Under the pieces are notes generated by a model. That model was not told the DNA's origin, did no database searches, and saw nothing but the letters and a program-made list of their open reading frames with translations. A stretch of DNA of 64,000 bases from Bdellovibrionota bacterium (GTDB taxonomy: Bacteria > Bdellovibrionota_C > UBA2361 > OMII01): assembly GCA_044345405.1 (NCBI GenBank), contig JBIJBE010000015.1, forward strand, positions 1 through 64,000. Reading direction: 5' to 3'. The stretch's first letter is position 1; each line of letters begins with the position of its first letter. A program made the position numbers and the translations under genes. Positions 50,102 to 59,932 of this stretch are shown piece after piece.

Positions 50102-50506
50102 CTATTCAGCCTGTCGCTCAGGTCGGTTGTTAAATCTTTCACGCTCATGCCGAGATGCCTTGGAACCCCGTCGAGCTTCGTAGGCCTGTAACTGCCGCCG
50201 AGCCGCTCTACATGCGTCACGCATCGCGACATATACATCCTCATGCGCGTGATTCATCTCTGGATCGTGTGTCACCTCGACATCCAAGCCCGGCAGATGC
50301 AACCGTATCGATACATGATAGAGATTACCTTGATGGTGGTGGCGATGCCGTGCCTCGATAACCATCTTTCCTCTCATTATGTCGGGCGATAAACGCGCGA
50401 GACGCTGCAACAACGCCTCCCCTCGGTTGCGCACAGCCTCTGACGGTTCCATTGAGTGAAATATAACGGAGAAATGTCCCACGTCGGTCATAAAACTCTT
50501 TTCCAC
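50102..50506 (-). CDS. HPF/RaiA family ribosome-associated protein
   Basis: FHSMEPSEA, HRHHHQGNLYHV.I.L.LPG, HEDVYVAMRDA..AARRQL. Confidence 0.85.
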   Translation of the reverse strand: MEKSFMTDVGHFSVIFHSMEPSEAVRNRGEALLQRLARLSPDIMRGKMVIEARHRHHHQGNLYHVSIRLHLPGLDVEVTHDPEMNHAHEDVYVAMRDACRAARRQLQAYEARRGSKASRHERERFNNRPERQAE

Positions 50507-50675
50507 AAAGTTCGAACGCTATAGTGACGTCTCTCAGATAGACCAGACATGCGCGTCTTCATATCAGCCCTCTCGCGCGCTCCCCGACCCTTAGCCAGCT
50601 CATAGCTCAGGACCCCGATGAGCCCCATTCTCATCTCCTCACACTCGTCTAACTCTCTCTTTGATGCTGGGGCCT

Positions 50676-51179
50676 ATGAAAGAAACACTCAAAAGATACT
50701 CATTCAACCCTTCAGGACGAGCTCCTCGGGTCGGTTTCATATTTCTGACCGGTATCGCGGTCGGCGCCACCCTCATGTACCTTCTTGAACCCCGAACACG
50801 TCTACGGCGACAAGCGATTCTGCGAGATAAGGCGATACACCTCGCCCATCGCTCGATGATTTTTGGAGGCAGGATCTCCCGACACCTTCGAAATCGCGCT
50901 CAAGGTCTCGTCGCCATCTCAGCGGACCTGCTTCGACCAGAGGGAATAGATTCGGATGACAAGGTCGCGGCGCGAGTTCGCTCGGCGCTTGGTCGAGCCA
51001 CGAGACACGCGCATAGTATTACCGTCGAGGTCCAGGGCGGGCGGGTTTCTCTCAAGGGTCCCCTTGCCGCGCATGAGGCTGGCGGTGTGATTCAAGCGGC
51101 TGAGCGCGTCCGAGGGGTCAAGAGAGTGGAAAATCTCCTTACCCCTCCGATCCCTGAGGGCTCCTCACCGGTGCAATAG
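50676..51179 (+). CDS. BON domain protein with N-terminal TM (YtxH-like)
   Basis: GATLMYLLEP...RRQA, VRSALGR...ITVEVQGGRVSLKG...VRGVKRVENLL. Confidence 0.8.
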   Translation: MKETLKRYSFNPSGRAPRVGFIFLTGIAVGATLMYLLEPRTRLRRQAILRDKAIHLAHRSMIFGGRISRHLRNRAQGLVAISADLLRPEGIDSDDKVAARVRSALGRATRHAHSITVEVQGGRVSLKGPLAAHEAGGVIQAAERVRGVKRVENLLTPPIPEGSSPVQ

Positions 51180-51309
51180 AGGGATGGGAGGGCACTCGCG
51201 AATCGTGCTGGCGCTTGGATTCATTTGATTTCATACTCCCGCCCTTTCCTGACGCAACCGCAATCGCTACACTAGGGCTCGCCTTCAAGAGAGCCTATGC
51301 GGTAGCGAT

Positions 51310-51777
51310 ATGTCCGAATCCACAACAGCGTCAGCGACTAAAAGAATTGAGATCTACACCGACGGAGCGTGCTCCGGAAACCCTGGACCAGGAGGGTGGG
51401 GCGCGGTTCTCAGGTTCCAGGGTAAGGACAAAGAGATATCCGGTGGACACCCCACTACCACCAATAATCAGATGGAGCTCCAAGCGGCGATTGAGGCGCT
51501 TCGAGCGCTCAAGGAGCCGTGCATTGTAGATCTGTACACCGACTCCCAATATCTCCGGCAAGGCATCACCCAGTGGATCCACAATTGGAAAAAGAACGGG
51601 TGGAAGACAGCTGACAAAAAACCGGTCAAAAATCAGGAGCTGTGGGTTGCGCTCGACGGATTAGTGCGAGAGCACACGATTCAGTGGCACTGGCTCAAGG
51701 GTCATGCCGGACACCCCGAAAACGAGCGGTGCGATGAGCTCGCCCGTAACGAGATCGATAAACTCCGCTCCCGGTAG
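51310..51777 (+). CDS. rnhA: Ribonuclease HI
   Basis: [51 protein letters not shown]. Confidence 0.98.
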   Translation: MSESTTASATKRIEIYTDGACSGNPGPGGWGAVLRFQGKDKEISGGHPTTTNNQMELQAAIEALRALKEPCIVDLYTDSQYLRQGITQWIHNWKKNGWKTADKKPVKNQELWVALDGLVREHTIQWHWLKGHAGHPENERCDELARNEIDKLRSR

Positions 51778-51898
51778 CGCTCAGTCTCGAAACGATACAC
51801 ACGACGCATCTCCCAATCGCTCACGCCTTATGAGTGCTATCACGGCGCCGTCAGGTCCGTTTTGCTACATCCACACCTACATCTAATCTCGGAGGCAT

Positions 51899-52117
51899 AT
51901 GCGTTTATACCCTTACATCCTTACAGCTCTCATTCTAGCGACCGGCGCCCTTTCAGGATGCGCGACTAAATCATCCGTGGCGAAAGCTAAGGATGAGGCG
52001 CGAGACGCTCATCGCATCGCCGAGCAAGCGCTCTCAACGGCGCAAGAAGCTAACAATCGTTCGATCCGAACCGAGGAGATGGTCAACCGAAGTTTCCGTC
52101 ACTCGATGCGTAAGTAG
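51899..52117 (+). CDS. Lpp/OprI-like alanine-zipper lipoprotein
   Basis: GGAGG RBS, lipobox LSGC, Ala-rich coiled coil, C-terminal SMRK. Confidence 0.75.
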   Translation: MRLYPYILTALILATGALSGCATKSSVAKAKDEARDAHRIAEQALSTAQEANNRSIRTEEMVNRSFRHSMRK

Positions 52118-53098
52118 ATGCGCGCGCCATACCACACGCGAGAAGCTCTCTTCGTGGCTCTTCTCGTGTGGACGTTGGTCACGGCATATCCGAGTCAGGG
52201 AGAGGAATTTCGCCTCCCCTCTTCACGAAACGAGAGCGTGATTGGGGAACTACGATACACGTTGGTAGGACAGGGAGATTCGCTCCTGGACATCGCGAGA
52301 GCGTTCGGTATCGGACACGACGAGATTCTTCTCGCTAATCCGCGGCTGAATAGATGGGTACCACGGGTTGGAGCTGAGGTTCTCATTCCCTCGCTCTACG
52401 TCCTTCCACCGGGAGATCGTAAAGGAATCGTACTGAACCTCGCGGAGCTACGTCTCTATTTCTTTCCACCTGGCGCACAAGCCGTGCATACCTTTCCGGT
52501 GAGTGTCGGCGACTACGATTGGCGGACCCCTCAGGGCATCACTAAGATCGTATCGAAGCAGGTTAATCCTCCGTGGTATCCTCCAAAAAGTATTCGAGAG
52601 GAACATGCGGAGGACGGCGTTGAACTTCCCGCAATGGTCCCGGGCGGAGATCCGGATAATCCGCTCGGGGAATTCGCCCTCAAACTCGCCATACCTGGGT
52701 ATCTGATTCACGGCACAGACCAGCGACGCTCCTTTGGAATAGGTATGCGAGTTAGTCACGGGTGTATCCGTCTCTATCCTGAGGATATTGAGCGTCTCTA
52801 TTCGATGGCACCTGTCGGAACTCCCGTTCGAATTATCGATCAGCCCGTAAAAGCAGGACTTCTGGGCGGTCAACTCTTCCTTGAGGTGCATCAGCCACTT
52901 ACCGAGGAGGAAGACCCCGTGCCTGATCAACTGGACCTCGAGGAGATCATCGGGGAACTTCGCCCTTACGCTCGGGAGGGAATCGAGATCGACCTAGGCC
53001 GCGTTGAGTCGGCTATGCGTCACGGGGATGGGATACCGACGGTGGTGTCCTCTGAGCGCGCGCCGGAGGAGGAATTCTGGAGCGATCCCTATTTTTAG
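52118..53098 (+). CDS. L,D-transpeptidase, ErfK/YbiS/YcfS/YnhG type with LysM-like domain
   Basis: SLLDIAR..GIG..ANP, NLAELRLYF, NPPWYPP, NPLG, YLIHGT, SHGCIRL. Confidence 0.93.
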   Translation: MRAPYHTREALFVALLVWTLVTAYPSQGEEFRLPSSRNESVIGELRYTLVGQGDSLLDIARAFGIGHDEILLANPRLNRWVPRVGAEVLIPSLYVLPPGDRKGIVLNLAELRLYFFPPGAQAVHTFPVSVGDYDWRTPQGITKIVSKQVNPPWYPPKSIREEHAEDGVELPAMVPGGDPDNPLGEFALKLAIPGYLIHGTDQRRSFGIGMRVSHGCIRLYPEDIERLYSMAPVGTPVRIIDQPVKAGLLGGQLFLEVHQPLTEEEDPVPDQLDLEEIIGELRPYAREGIEIDLGRVESAMRHGDGIPTVVSSERAPEEEFWSDPYF

Positions 53099-53190
53099 GG
53101 GCGTTACGCCCCTACCATCCCTGGGCCTTAAGGCTTGTCAACGACCCCGCTGAGCGGTAGTTTTTCCCAACCACTTGGTCCGGAGGTATT

Positions 53191-53790
53191 ATGAAGAAAG
53201 CCATCATCGTCGCGTCGCTTCTCTCATCTTTTGTGCTCGCGTCACACGCGCATGCCGAGGATATCAACGACGTCTTCAAGAAAGTGAACGAGTACGTTCA
53301 GCAGAAGAACTATCCGAAAGCGATGGAAGAGCTCTCGTGGGCGCAGAAGGAATTGGAGAAACTTCATCAGGAGAGACTCTCGGAGCTTCTCCCCGCTGAG
53401 GTGAACGGTTTCAAAGGTGGTGACACCCAGGTTCAACAGATGATGGGCTTCTCTAATATTGAGCGTGAATACACCAACGGCGAGAAGTCTATCCGTATCG
53501 CTATCACCGGCACCGGGGGCACCGACGGCATGGGCGGGCTCGCCGGACTCGCGAAGATGGGAATGATGATGGGAGCTACACAGTCCGGTCGCGATCAATT
53601 CCGTATCAGCGGAAGAACAGCGACCCTCGACACGACAAATGATTCTCCGGAGCTTTCGATATTCCTTGAGAGTGGGGCGCTCATGCAGCTCACGACCGGA
53701 GATGGCGTTACTGGAGACACATTGAAGAAATTCGCCGAGTCGCTCAAGATCGCGGAGCTTGACGCTTACCTCAAAGGCGCCAAGAACTAA
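53191..53790 (+). CDS. Secreted hypothetical protein
   Basis: GGAGG RBS, signal peptide AHA-E, Gly/Met-rich segment. Confidence 0.75.
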   Translation: MKKAIIVASLLSSFVLASHAHAEDINDVFKKVNEYVQQKNYPKAMEELSWAQKELEKLHQERLSELLPAEVNGFKGGDTQVQQMMGFSNIEREYTNGEKSIRIAITGTGGTDGMGGLAGLAKMGMMMGATQSGRDQFRISGRTATLDTTNDSPELSIFLESGALMQLTTGDGVTGDTLKKFAESLKIAELDAYLKGAKN

Positions 53791-53812
53791 GGCACCCGAC
53801 CCTCGTTCCGTG

Positions 53813-53854
53813 ACGCGCTCACCGTCTGCTCCACGGTGAGCGCGTTTGTTTTTT
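53813..53854 (+). terminator. Intrinsic terminator
   Basis: acgcgctcaccgt-ctgctcc-acggtgagcgcgt followed by ttgtttttt. Confidence 0.9.
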
Positions 53855-53977
53855 GGACCGCCGGTTGGCCGGCTGACTAGGGCCATTTAGTCGTTAGTCG
53901 TATCCTCTCTATCGTTGTGTTTTGTCCGAAAGTAGAAGACGATTGAGACGAACAACGGATCTTTCCAAGGTGAGTAT

Positions 53978-54709
53978 ATGCGCGCGTTTCGCCTCTCCCT
54001 CTCCACTACCCTCGCTGTAAGCCTGTTCCTGTCGTCATACCACTCCTTCGCCGAGGAGAGACTTACCGGCATCTCCGTGACTGGCGAGTGTCTCAAAAAA
54101 GTGGCTCGCGACAGAGCGGCGGTGACGATCTCATCATCTATGGTCGCGCCGACCGCCAAGGAGTCCTCAAAAAAAGCGACCGAGGCGCACGAAGCGATTA
54201 AAGCGGACGTGCGCGCGCTCAAGCACGCGAATCTCACGGTTGGGACGGCGGGATACTCCGTCGATCAAGAATGCAACTACAGCGGCAAGATATCGGGGCG
54301 AGTGTGCGAGGGATACCGCACCACGATCTCAACTCGATTCGAAACTCCCAACTTCGTTGATCTTGAGGACATCATCGGTATCGCCTCCAAGCGTGGTGCG
54401 GAGAACGTGTCGCGACTTGAGGCCTTCGTTTCACCTGTAGCCCTTAAAAACGAACGCGAGAGCTGTCTCGAGATAGCGACAAAGGACGCGCACGCGAAGG
54501 CTGAAAAGATAGCGGCCGGCGCTGGCGTTCAACTCGGAAAGCTCATCTCCGTGGCTGAGGGAACGAACGAACAAACACAACCCTTTATGGCGCGGGGCGC
54601 GATGGCGATGAGCGCTCACGAGTCTATCGCGGATAAGAGCGGCCCAACGATCGAAGCGGAACCACTTGATCTCCGGGTGTCGGTGAACGCCGTCTATGCT
54701 ATTCAGTAA
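53978..54709 (+). CDS. SIMPL (DUF541) domain protein
   Basis: Signal peptide, ISVTGE..DRA, ATKDAHAKAEKIA..GVQLGKL, VSVNAVY. Confidence 0.85.
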   Translation: MRAFRLSLSTTLAVSLFLSSYHSFAEERLTGISVTGECLKKVARDRAAVTISSSMVAPTAKESSKKATEAHEAIKADVRALKHANLTVGTAGYSVDQECNYSGKISGRVCEGYRTTISTRFETPNFVDLEDIIGIASKRGAENVSRLEAFVSPVALKNERESCLEIATKDAHAKAEKIAAGAGVQLGKLISVAEGTNEQTQPFMARGAMAMSAHESIADKSGPTIEAEPLDLRVSVNAVYAIQ

Positions 54710-54714
54710 CCACT

Positions 54715-55134
54715 ATGAGTACTCCCTCACCCTGGACAGTGGATCATATCGGCATCGCGGTTTCTGATATCGACGCCGCCATCGCGCTCTACGCTTCGAC
54801 CGCTGGCACCTCAGTTACCCTGAGGGAAAAGCTTGTAGACCGCGGCGTGGAGCTCGCGTTTCTTAACACAGGGGGCACGAAGCTTGAGCTCCTCATGCCG
54901 TTACGACACGATACACCGATCGCGAAATTTCTCGCCAAACGAGGCCCAGGTCTTCACCACGTTTGCTACAAGGTTGATAACATCCGACAGGAGATGGAAC
55001 GGCTGAAGCAACTTGGCGCGAACCTGATCGACACGACCCCTCGCCCGGGTGCGACGGGAACTATCATAGCCTTCCTTGAGCCGGTGTCATTTTCAGGTGT
55101 ACTTACCGAACTGTGTGAGTATACAAACAGTTAG
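54715..55134 (+). CDS. mce: Methylmalonyl-CoA epimerase
   Basis: DHIGIAV, KLELLMP, AKFLAKRGPGLHHVCY, IAFLEP..GVLTEL. Confidence 0.9.
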   Translation: MSTPSPWTVDHIGIAVSDIDAAIALYASTAGTSVTLREKLVDRGVELAFLNTGGTKLELLMPLRHDTPIAKFLAKRGPGLHHVCYKVDNIRQEMERLKQLGANLIDTTPRPGATGTIIAFLEPVSFSGVLTELCEYTNS

Positions 55135-55193
55135 CGGTTATTGCCCCCCGCAAGAGCGCGCTTCCTGGTTTTTGAGGGGATACTACGGGTACT

Positions 55194-55364
55194 ACGTGAA
55201 CGTGCTCGTAAACGTGAACGTACCCGAAAAAAACTTCCCCCTCGATTGATAGCTGAACAACGACGCAAAGCGCCTACAAAGCAAGTGGACGCCATGCATG
55301 TGGGCTACGTGCGAATAATGGGGCACGGGTACGTTCTCGTTTACGTTTACGTGCACGAGCACGT
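55194..55364. repeat. Imperfect inverted repeat built from CGTnnW hexamers
   Basis: Arm 55194-55226 acgtgaacgtgctcgtaaacgtgaacgtacccg versus arm 55326-55364 cgggtacgttctcgtttacgtttacgtgcacgagcacgt. Confidence 0.8.
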
Positions 55365-55496
55365 GATTTATAGGCTAAACAAGGAGTTACGTTCTCTGAG
55401 TGCTCGTTACTTCCCATTCAAAAGCCTTACGCGCCCCAATTAATTTCGCTATAGATTGAACAAGCTGGTAGTATAAGCGCCGTTGTGAGGGATCTT

Positions 55497-55916
55497 ATGA
55501 AACACACGCACTACCTAATGCTGGCATCGGCTCTTATCGCCACTATGCTTCTTTCGATCGCTTCGGCGGAGGCTTCAAGCACCTGCGAAGAGCTGATCAC
55601 GACCTGCTTCGTCTCCTCACCCGAGGATCGAGACGAGTGCATTAAGACGGCCTCCGTCACCACTACATGCGAGGCATCTACCATTCACGCCCTGGTCTCC
55701 AAACGCGCGCAGTTCGCAACCATCAAGGATATTCCCCAAGAGGGCCCCGCGTTCCTCGGCCCACAAATTGTTGATCAACGATGTGTATCTCAATTCGATA
55801 CAACCTGGTCAGCGGCACTCGTAAACGGCTCGCTTTCAAGGGAGTCTCTATCTTCCCTCTCCGCCGCCCTCGACGAGTGCGCGAAAGCTGATGCTCCAGT
55901 ACTCCCACAGCTGTAG
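55497..55916 (+). CDS. Secreted Cys-rich hypothetical protein
   Basis: Signal peptide AEA-S; six Cys. Confidence 0.7.
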   Translation: MKHTHYLMLASALIATMLLSIASAEASSTCEELITTCFVSSPEDRDECIKTASVTTTCEASTIHALVSKRAQFATIKDIPQEGPAFLGPQIVDQRCVSQFDTTWSAALVNGSLSRESLSSLSAALDECAKADAPVLPQL

Positions 55917-55964
55917 TTATCCCAACCGATTGACGTATCCGGCTAGGAAACGTAGCCTCTCACT

Positions 55965-56468
55965 ATGACGATGCACTCCGCTCCCCTTGTCGGTCTCATT
56001 ATGGGTTCTCATTCTGATTGGGAGACCCTCGCCGCCACAGCTGAGACCCTTGAAACGCTCGGCGTGTCGTATGAGACGAAGATCGTCTCAGCGCACCGCA
56101 CACCCGAGCTTCTCGTCGAATACGCCACGAAAGCGGCATCTCGGGGGCTTGAAGTTATCATCGCTGGCGCCGGGGGCGCGGCGCACCTTCCAGGCATGGC
56201 GGCGTCGATGACCCATCTCCCCGTTATCGGAGTTCCGGTAGAATCAAAGATCCTTAAAGGAATCGATTCCCTCCTCTCCATCGTGCAGATGCCGAAAGGA
56301 GTTCCTGTAGCGACCGTCGCGATCGGCACGGCGGGAGCCGCGAACGCGGCGATACTCGCGGCGAGCATCCTTGGCATCAAACACCCCCACATCTCAAAGG
56401 CGGTTCAGGGCTATCGCCTCCAGCAAACCGAGTCCGTGCTCAAAACGCCTCCACCAACCCTCAAGTAA
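55965..56468 (+). CDS. purE: N5-carboxyaminoimidazole ribonucleotide mutase
   Basis: [38 protein letters not shown]. Confidence 0.98.
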   Translation: MTMHSAPLVGLIMGSHSDWETLAATAETLETLGVSYETKIVSAHRTPELLVEYATKAASRGLEVIIAGAGGAAHLPGMAASMTHLPVIGVPVESKILKGIDSLLSIVQMPKGVPVATVAIGTAGAANAAILAASILGIKHPHISKAVQGYRLQQTESVLKTPPPTLK

Positions 56469-56471
56469 GAT

Positions 56472-57551
56472 ATGAAGATAGGAATTCTGGGAGCTGGACA
56501 ACTGGGAAGGATGTTAGCTCTCGCCGGATATCCTCTCGGACACTCTGTCGTTTTCTTCGATCAAGCGCCTGGAGAATCGACAACCGGAATTGGAACCACG
56601 CATGTTGGATCATTCTCTGATCAGCGTGCGCTCGCGGCCTTCGCCAAAGAGTGCGATGTGGTGACCTATGAGTTCGAGAACGTTCCGTGTGAAAGTGCTC
56701 ATTTCCTCGCGAGTTCAATACCGGTCTATCCTCCCCCTCGTGCCCTTGAAGTATCTCAAGATCGGGTTATCGAAAAAACCTTTATTCAGAACCTTGGCAT
56801 AGCCACCCCTCGGTTTGAGGCGGCCTCCTCAGAGAGCGAGCTTCTTGAAGCCTGCAAGAAGGTCGGCGTGCCATGCATCGCGAAGACCCGTCGCTTCGGC
56901 TACGACGGCAAGGGACAGGCACGAATATCTGATATCGAAGATGTCCCCACGGTATGGAAGGCCTTAGGCGGAACGCCGCTCATCGTTGAGGGGTTCGTTC
57001 AATTTTCTCGAGAGCTCTCCGTTATCGCGGCCCGAGATCTTCACAGCGACATCGCGGTCTATCCCCTCGCTCACAACGAACACGTCGACGGAATCCTACA
57101 CCGCACTGAAATCCCAGCGCCCGATCTTTCCCCAACTCTTCGACACGAGGCGCACGCGATCGCGACGAAGATTTTACAGGAATTGAACTACGTTGGAGTG
57201 CTCGCTATCGAGCTTTTCCAAGTAGGCGATCACCTCCTCGTAAACGAGATGGCGCCTCGAGTTCACAATTCAGGACACGCCACTATCGATGGTATGATCA
57301 CGAGTCAGTTCGAAAACCATATCCGCGCCATTACCAGAATGCATCTCGGATCGACCGAGGCTCGCGCGCGCTCAGTCATGTACAACCTTGTTGGAACGCT
57401 CCCGGACGCGAAAGAGATCTCCTCGATATCGGACGCCAAGATTCACCTCTACGGTAAATCCCCTCGCGCTGGACGAAAGCTAGGGCACATCACCCTCCTG
57501 AATCCCTCGGAATCGACCGAGAACGCGCTCAAAGCTCACCTTGGCTCCTGA
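56472..57551 (+). CDS. purK: N5-carboxyaminoimidazole ribonucleotide synthase
   Basis: GILGAGQLGRM, TYEFENVP, GYDGKGQ, NEMAPRVHNSGH, SQFENH, HLYGK..RKLGH. Confidence 0.97.
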   Translation: MKIGILGAGQLGRMLALAGYPLGHSVVFFDQAPGESTTGIGTTHVGSFSDQRALAAFAKECDVVTYEFENVPCESAHFLASSIPVYPPPRALEVSQDRVIEKTFIQNLGIATPRFEAASSESELLEACKKVGVPCIAKTRRFGYDGKGQARISDIEDVPTVWKALGGTPLIVEGFVQFSRELSVIAARDLHSDIAVYPLAHNEHVDGILHRTEIPAPDLSPTLRHEAHAIATKILQELNYVGVLAIELFQVGDHLLVNEMAPRVHNSGHATIDGMITSQFENHIRAITRMHLGSTEARARSVMYNLVGTLPDAKEISSISDAKIHLYGKSPRAGRKLGHITLLNPSESTENALKAHLGS

Positions 57552-57609
57552 AAGGCCTGTTTTCCACTTCGCATTTGTCCTCTTCAAGGCAAGGTTGTAC
57601 CGTAGGTGT

Positions 57610-58215
57610 ATGAGACGTTCGTTAAAAGAGATCGTGTACCTATCGCTCGTGGCAACCACACTCGGTCTATGCGACGTTCCACTAAGCTTCGCGGTTCCGA
57701 TCACCCAAAAGCTCGTGCGCCCCTCCTCAAGCATTAAGTTTGGGGTGGAATCCCCTTCCCCCGCATTGCAGATGAACGGTCACCTTCAAACGTTCGCGGG
57801 CACCGTCACCCTCAATCAAGATGGCTCCGCGGTTTCACAGCTCGATATGACAGTTCAGCTCGACTCAGCGCAACTGCCCCCCGACCAAATGCTCCAAGCT
57901 ATATTTTTGCACTCCGTCATCGCTCGCTTCAAAAAACACGTGGCTACCTTTCGAAGCTCCGCGGTAGAGCAGGTCAGCGGTGACGAATATCGAGCGACCG
58001 GTAGCTACACGTGGCAAAACAGGAATCGCCCCGCCACTCTTCCCTTTCGCCTCGTACGCGCCTCGCCTGAACACTCAGAGCTGCGCATCCTGATGCGAGG
58101 GGCGCTCACCGATGCGACGACCCCAAAAGAACTGACAGCGGCGGCGCCAGCCGCCTCTGAATCGTCAGGATGGGCCCGAGCGACTCTGATCTTTTCGCGC
58201 TCGAAGAGTGGTTAA
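57610..58215 (+). CDS. YceI-like secreted protein
   Basis: Signal-like N-terminus; SSIKF...G....FAGTV, ATFRSS, ATG beta pattern. Confidence 0.55.
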   Translation: MRRSLKEIVYLSLVATTLGLCDVPLSFAVPITQKLVRPSSSIKFGVESPSPALQMNGHLQTFAGTVTLNQDGSAVSQLDMTVQLDSAQLPPDQMLQAIFLHSVIARFKKHVATFRSSAVEQVSGDEYRATGSYTWQNRNRPATLPFRLVRASPEHSELRILMRGALTDATTPKELTAAAPAASESSGWARATLIFSRSKSG

Positions 58216-58652
58216 CGACCAACTAAAACAGCCCCGAGCGCGAGTAGTCCGCATCCGAGCAAACGAGTGACAGAGACTTGAATAACCGGCATTCCTAGTA
58301 ATCCGAAGTGATCCACGATGAGGCTGGTCAACGCCTGTCCAACCACGAGAAGCGCGATGGTATGAGCCGCGCCGATGCGGGGTATGAGAAATGCTGTCCC
58401 CATCACAAGCATCACTCCGGCGACACCTGCGAGAAGTGTCCATCGAGGGGCCTGCGAGAGCCCTTGCAACGAGGTGAGGCTACCCGTCACGATCATAGCC
58501 GCGAGAAGAAAGAGCGCTCCGATAATGAAGTTAATCAAGGTCGCCGGCGCGGTTCCACCAAGCGCCATCATGACACGAGAGTTCATGCCGCCTTGAATCA
58601 CAACCAACGCGCCTACCCCAAGGCCCACAAGGATATTCAGATACATTCCCAT
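58212..58652 (-). CDS. DMT family transporter (DUF606/YdcZ-like)
   Basis: QGGMN, PRW..LAG..G, PRIGA, GQ....IVDHFG. Confidence 0.88.
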   Translation of the reverse strand: MGMYLNILVGLGVGALVVIQGGMNSRVMMALGGTAPATLINFIIGALFLLAAMIVTGSLTSLQGLSQAPRWTLLAGVAGVMLVMGTAFLIPRIGAAHTIALLVVGQALTSLIVDHFGLLGMPVIQVSVTRLLGCGLLALGAVLVGR

Positions 58653-58808
58653 ATACAGCTCCCATGCACGACGAAGAGTCGTTATCTATAACCTTCCTAG
58701 CACTCTAAAACACCCCTATTATTGAATAATACGCGGAGTATCTCTCCCATTTTCCAAGAACATACGATTAATGGCATACTCCCCCCGGGTCACGGGAAAG
58801 GGTCATTC

Positions 58809-59804
58809 ATGAGTACTGAGGTCGAAAAAACCGATATTCAAAGAGCTGCGGCGCTCCTCACCGACGGGAAGCTTGTAGCCTTCCCTACCGAGACCGTCTA
58901 CGGACTCGGCGCGGACGCGCGCCAAGCTTCAGCCGTGGCGCGAATCTACACCGCTAAGGGACGACCATCGAACAATCCGCTTATCGTCCACGTAGCGACC
59001 GTCGTGGAGTTTTACCGGTACGCGGATATCGAATCCTCATGGAACCCCTCGATCGTCAAGGAGTGGCTCCGTAAACTCACGCCGCTGTGGCCAGGTCCCC
59101 TCTCAGTCATTCTCCCCAGAGGAAAAGAGATCGCGGAGAACGTTTCGGCCGGAGGGCCATCCGTCGCGCTTCGAGTTCCTCGACACCCCGTCGCGCTTGA
59201 GCTCCTTCGAGCGTTCAAAGGCCCAGTCGCGGCGCCAAGCGCGAACCCATCGATGTACGTCAGTCCGACCACCGCGCACCATGTGCGTGAAAGCTTAGGC
59301 GATAAAGTTGATTTCATTTTAGACGGTGGGCCGTGTGAGGTGGGCCTCGAATCCACTGTACTTTCACTCCTTACGTCAACTCCACGCGTTCTCCGCCCCG
59401 GAGCGATAACCCTCGATACGATTCGACATACCCTTGGATGTCCCGTTGAAGGCCCGATCTCATCAGGAGAACCTCAAACTGGAGGGCTCCTCTCGCCAGG
59501 CCTTCTCGCGAAGCACTACTCCCCCACTACGAAAGTGCGATTACGAACCACGATAGCGCTCGGCGAGAAACTCCCCGAGCGAACCGGCGCCCTTATCTTC
59601 TCCGATTGGAAGCCCGAGTTTCCAGCGACCGAACGTCGAGTCTTAAGCAAATGCGGAGATCTCGAGGAGATCGCGGCTCGATTATTCGGCGCCCTTCGCG
59701 AGCTCGATCAAGCCAACCTCGATCTGATTGTGGTCGATACCTGTGAGCCGATAGGCTTAGGCGAAGCGATCATGGATCGATTGGTGCGGGCGAGTCGGCA
59801 GTAG
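58809..59804 (+). CDS. tsaC: L-threonylcarbamoyladenylate synthase, Sua5 type
   Basis: VAFPTETVYGLGA, KGRPSNNPLIVH, APSANP, GLESTV, SPG..KHYSP, SUA5 C-domain. Confidence 0.95.
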   Translation: MSTEVEKTDIQRAAALLTDGKLVAFPTETVYGLGADARQASAVARIYTAKGRPSNNPLIVHVATVVEFYRYADIESSWNPSIVKEWLRKLTPLWPGPLSVILPRGKEIAENVSAGGPSVALRVPRHPVALELLRAFKGPVAAPSANPSMYVSPTTAHHVRESLGDKVDFILDGGPCEVGLESTVLSLLTSTPRVLRPGAITLDTIRHTLGCPVEGPISSGEPQTGGLLSPGLLAKHYSPTTKVRLRTTIALGEKLPERTGALIFSDWKPEFPATERRVLSKCGDLEEIAARLFGALRELDQANLDLIVVDTCEPIGLGEAIMDRLVRASRQ

Positions 59805-59901
59805 CATACATGCTTTGGATGTATCGGTGACGATGACGTAGAGGTTTTACCGTCACCGTACGTCGTCATCGTCGCTGACGTAGTATGTACCGAGGGGACT
59901 T

Positions 59902-59928
59902 GTCCCCCGAAGCTTTAGCGAAGGGGGA
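59902..59928. repeat. REP-like hairpin between convergent genes
   Basis: tccccc-gaagctttagcgaa-ggggga, 4 nt from the cheY stop; may act as a terminator. Confidence 0.5.
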
Positions 59929-59932
59929 AGGA

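Noticed and set aside
55141-55443. 100-aa ORF between mce and the secreted protein
   Set aside because: TTG start without RBS; composition dictated by the hexamer inverted repeat
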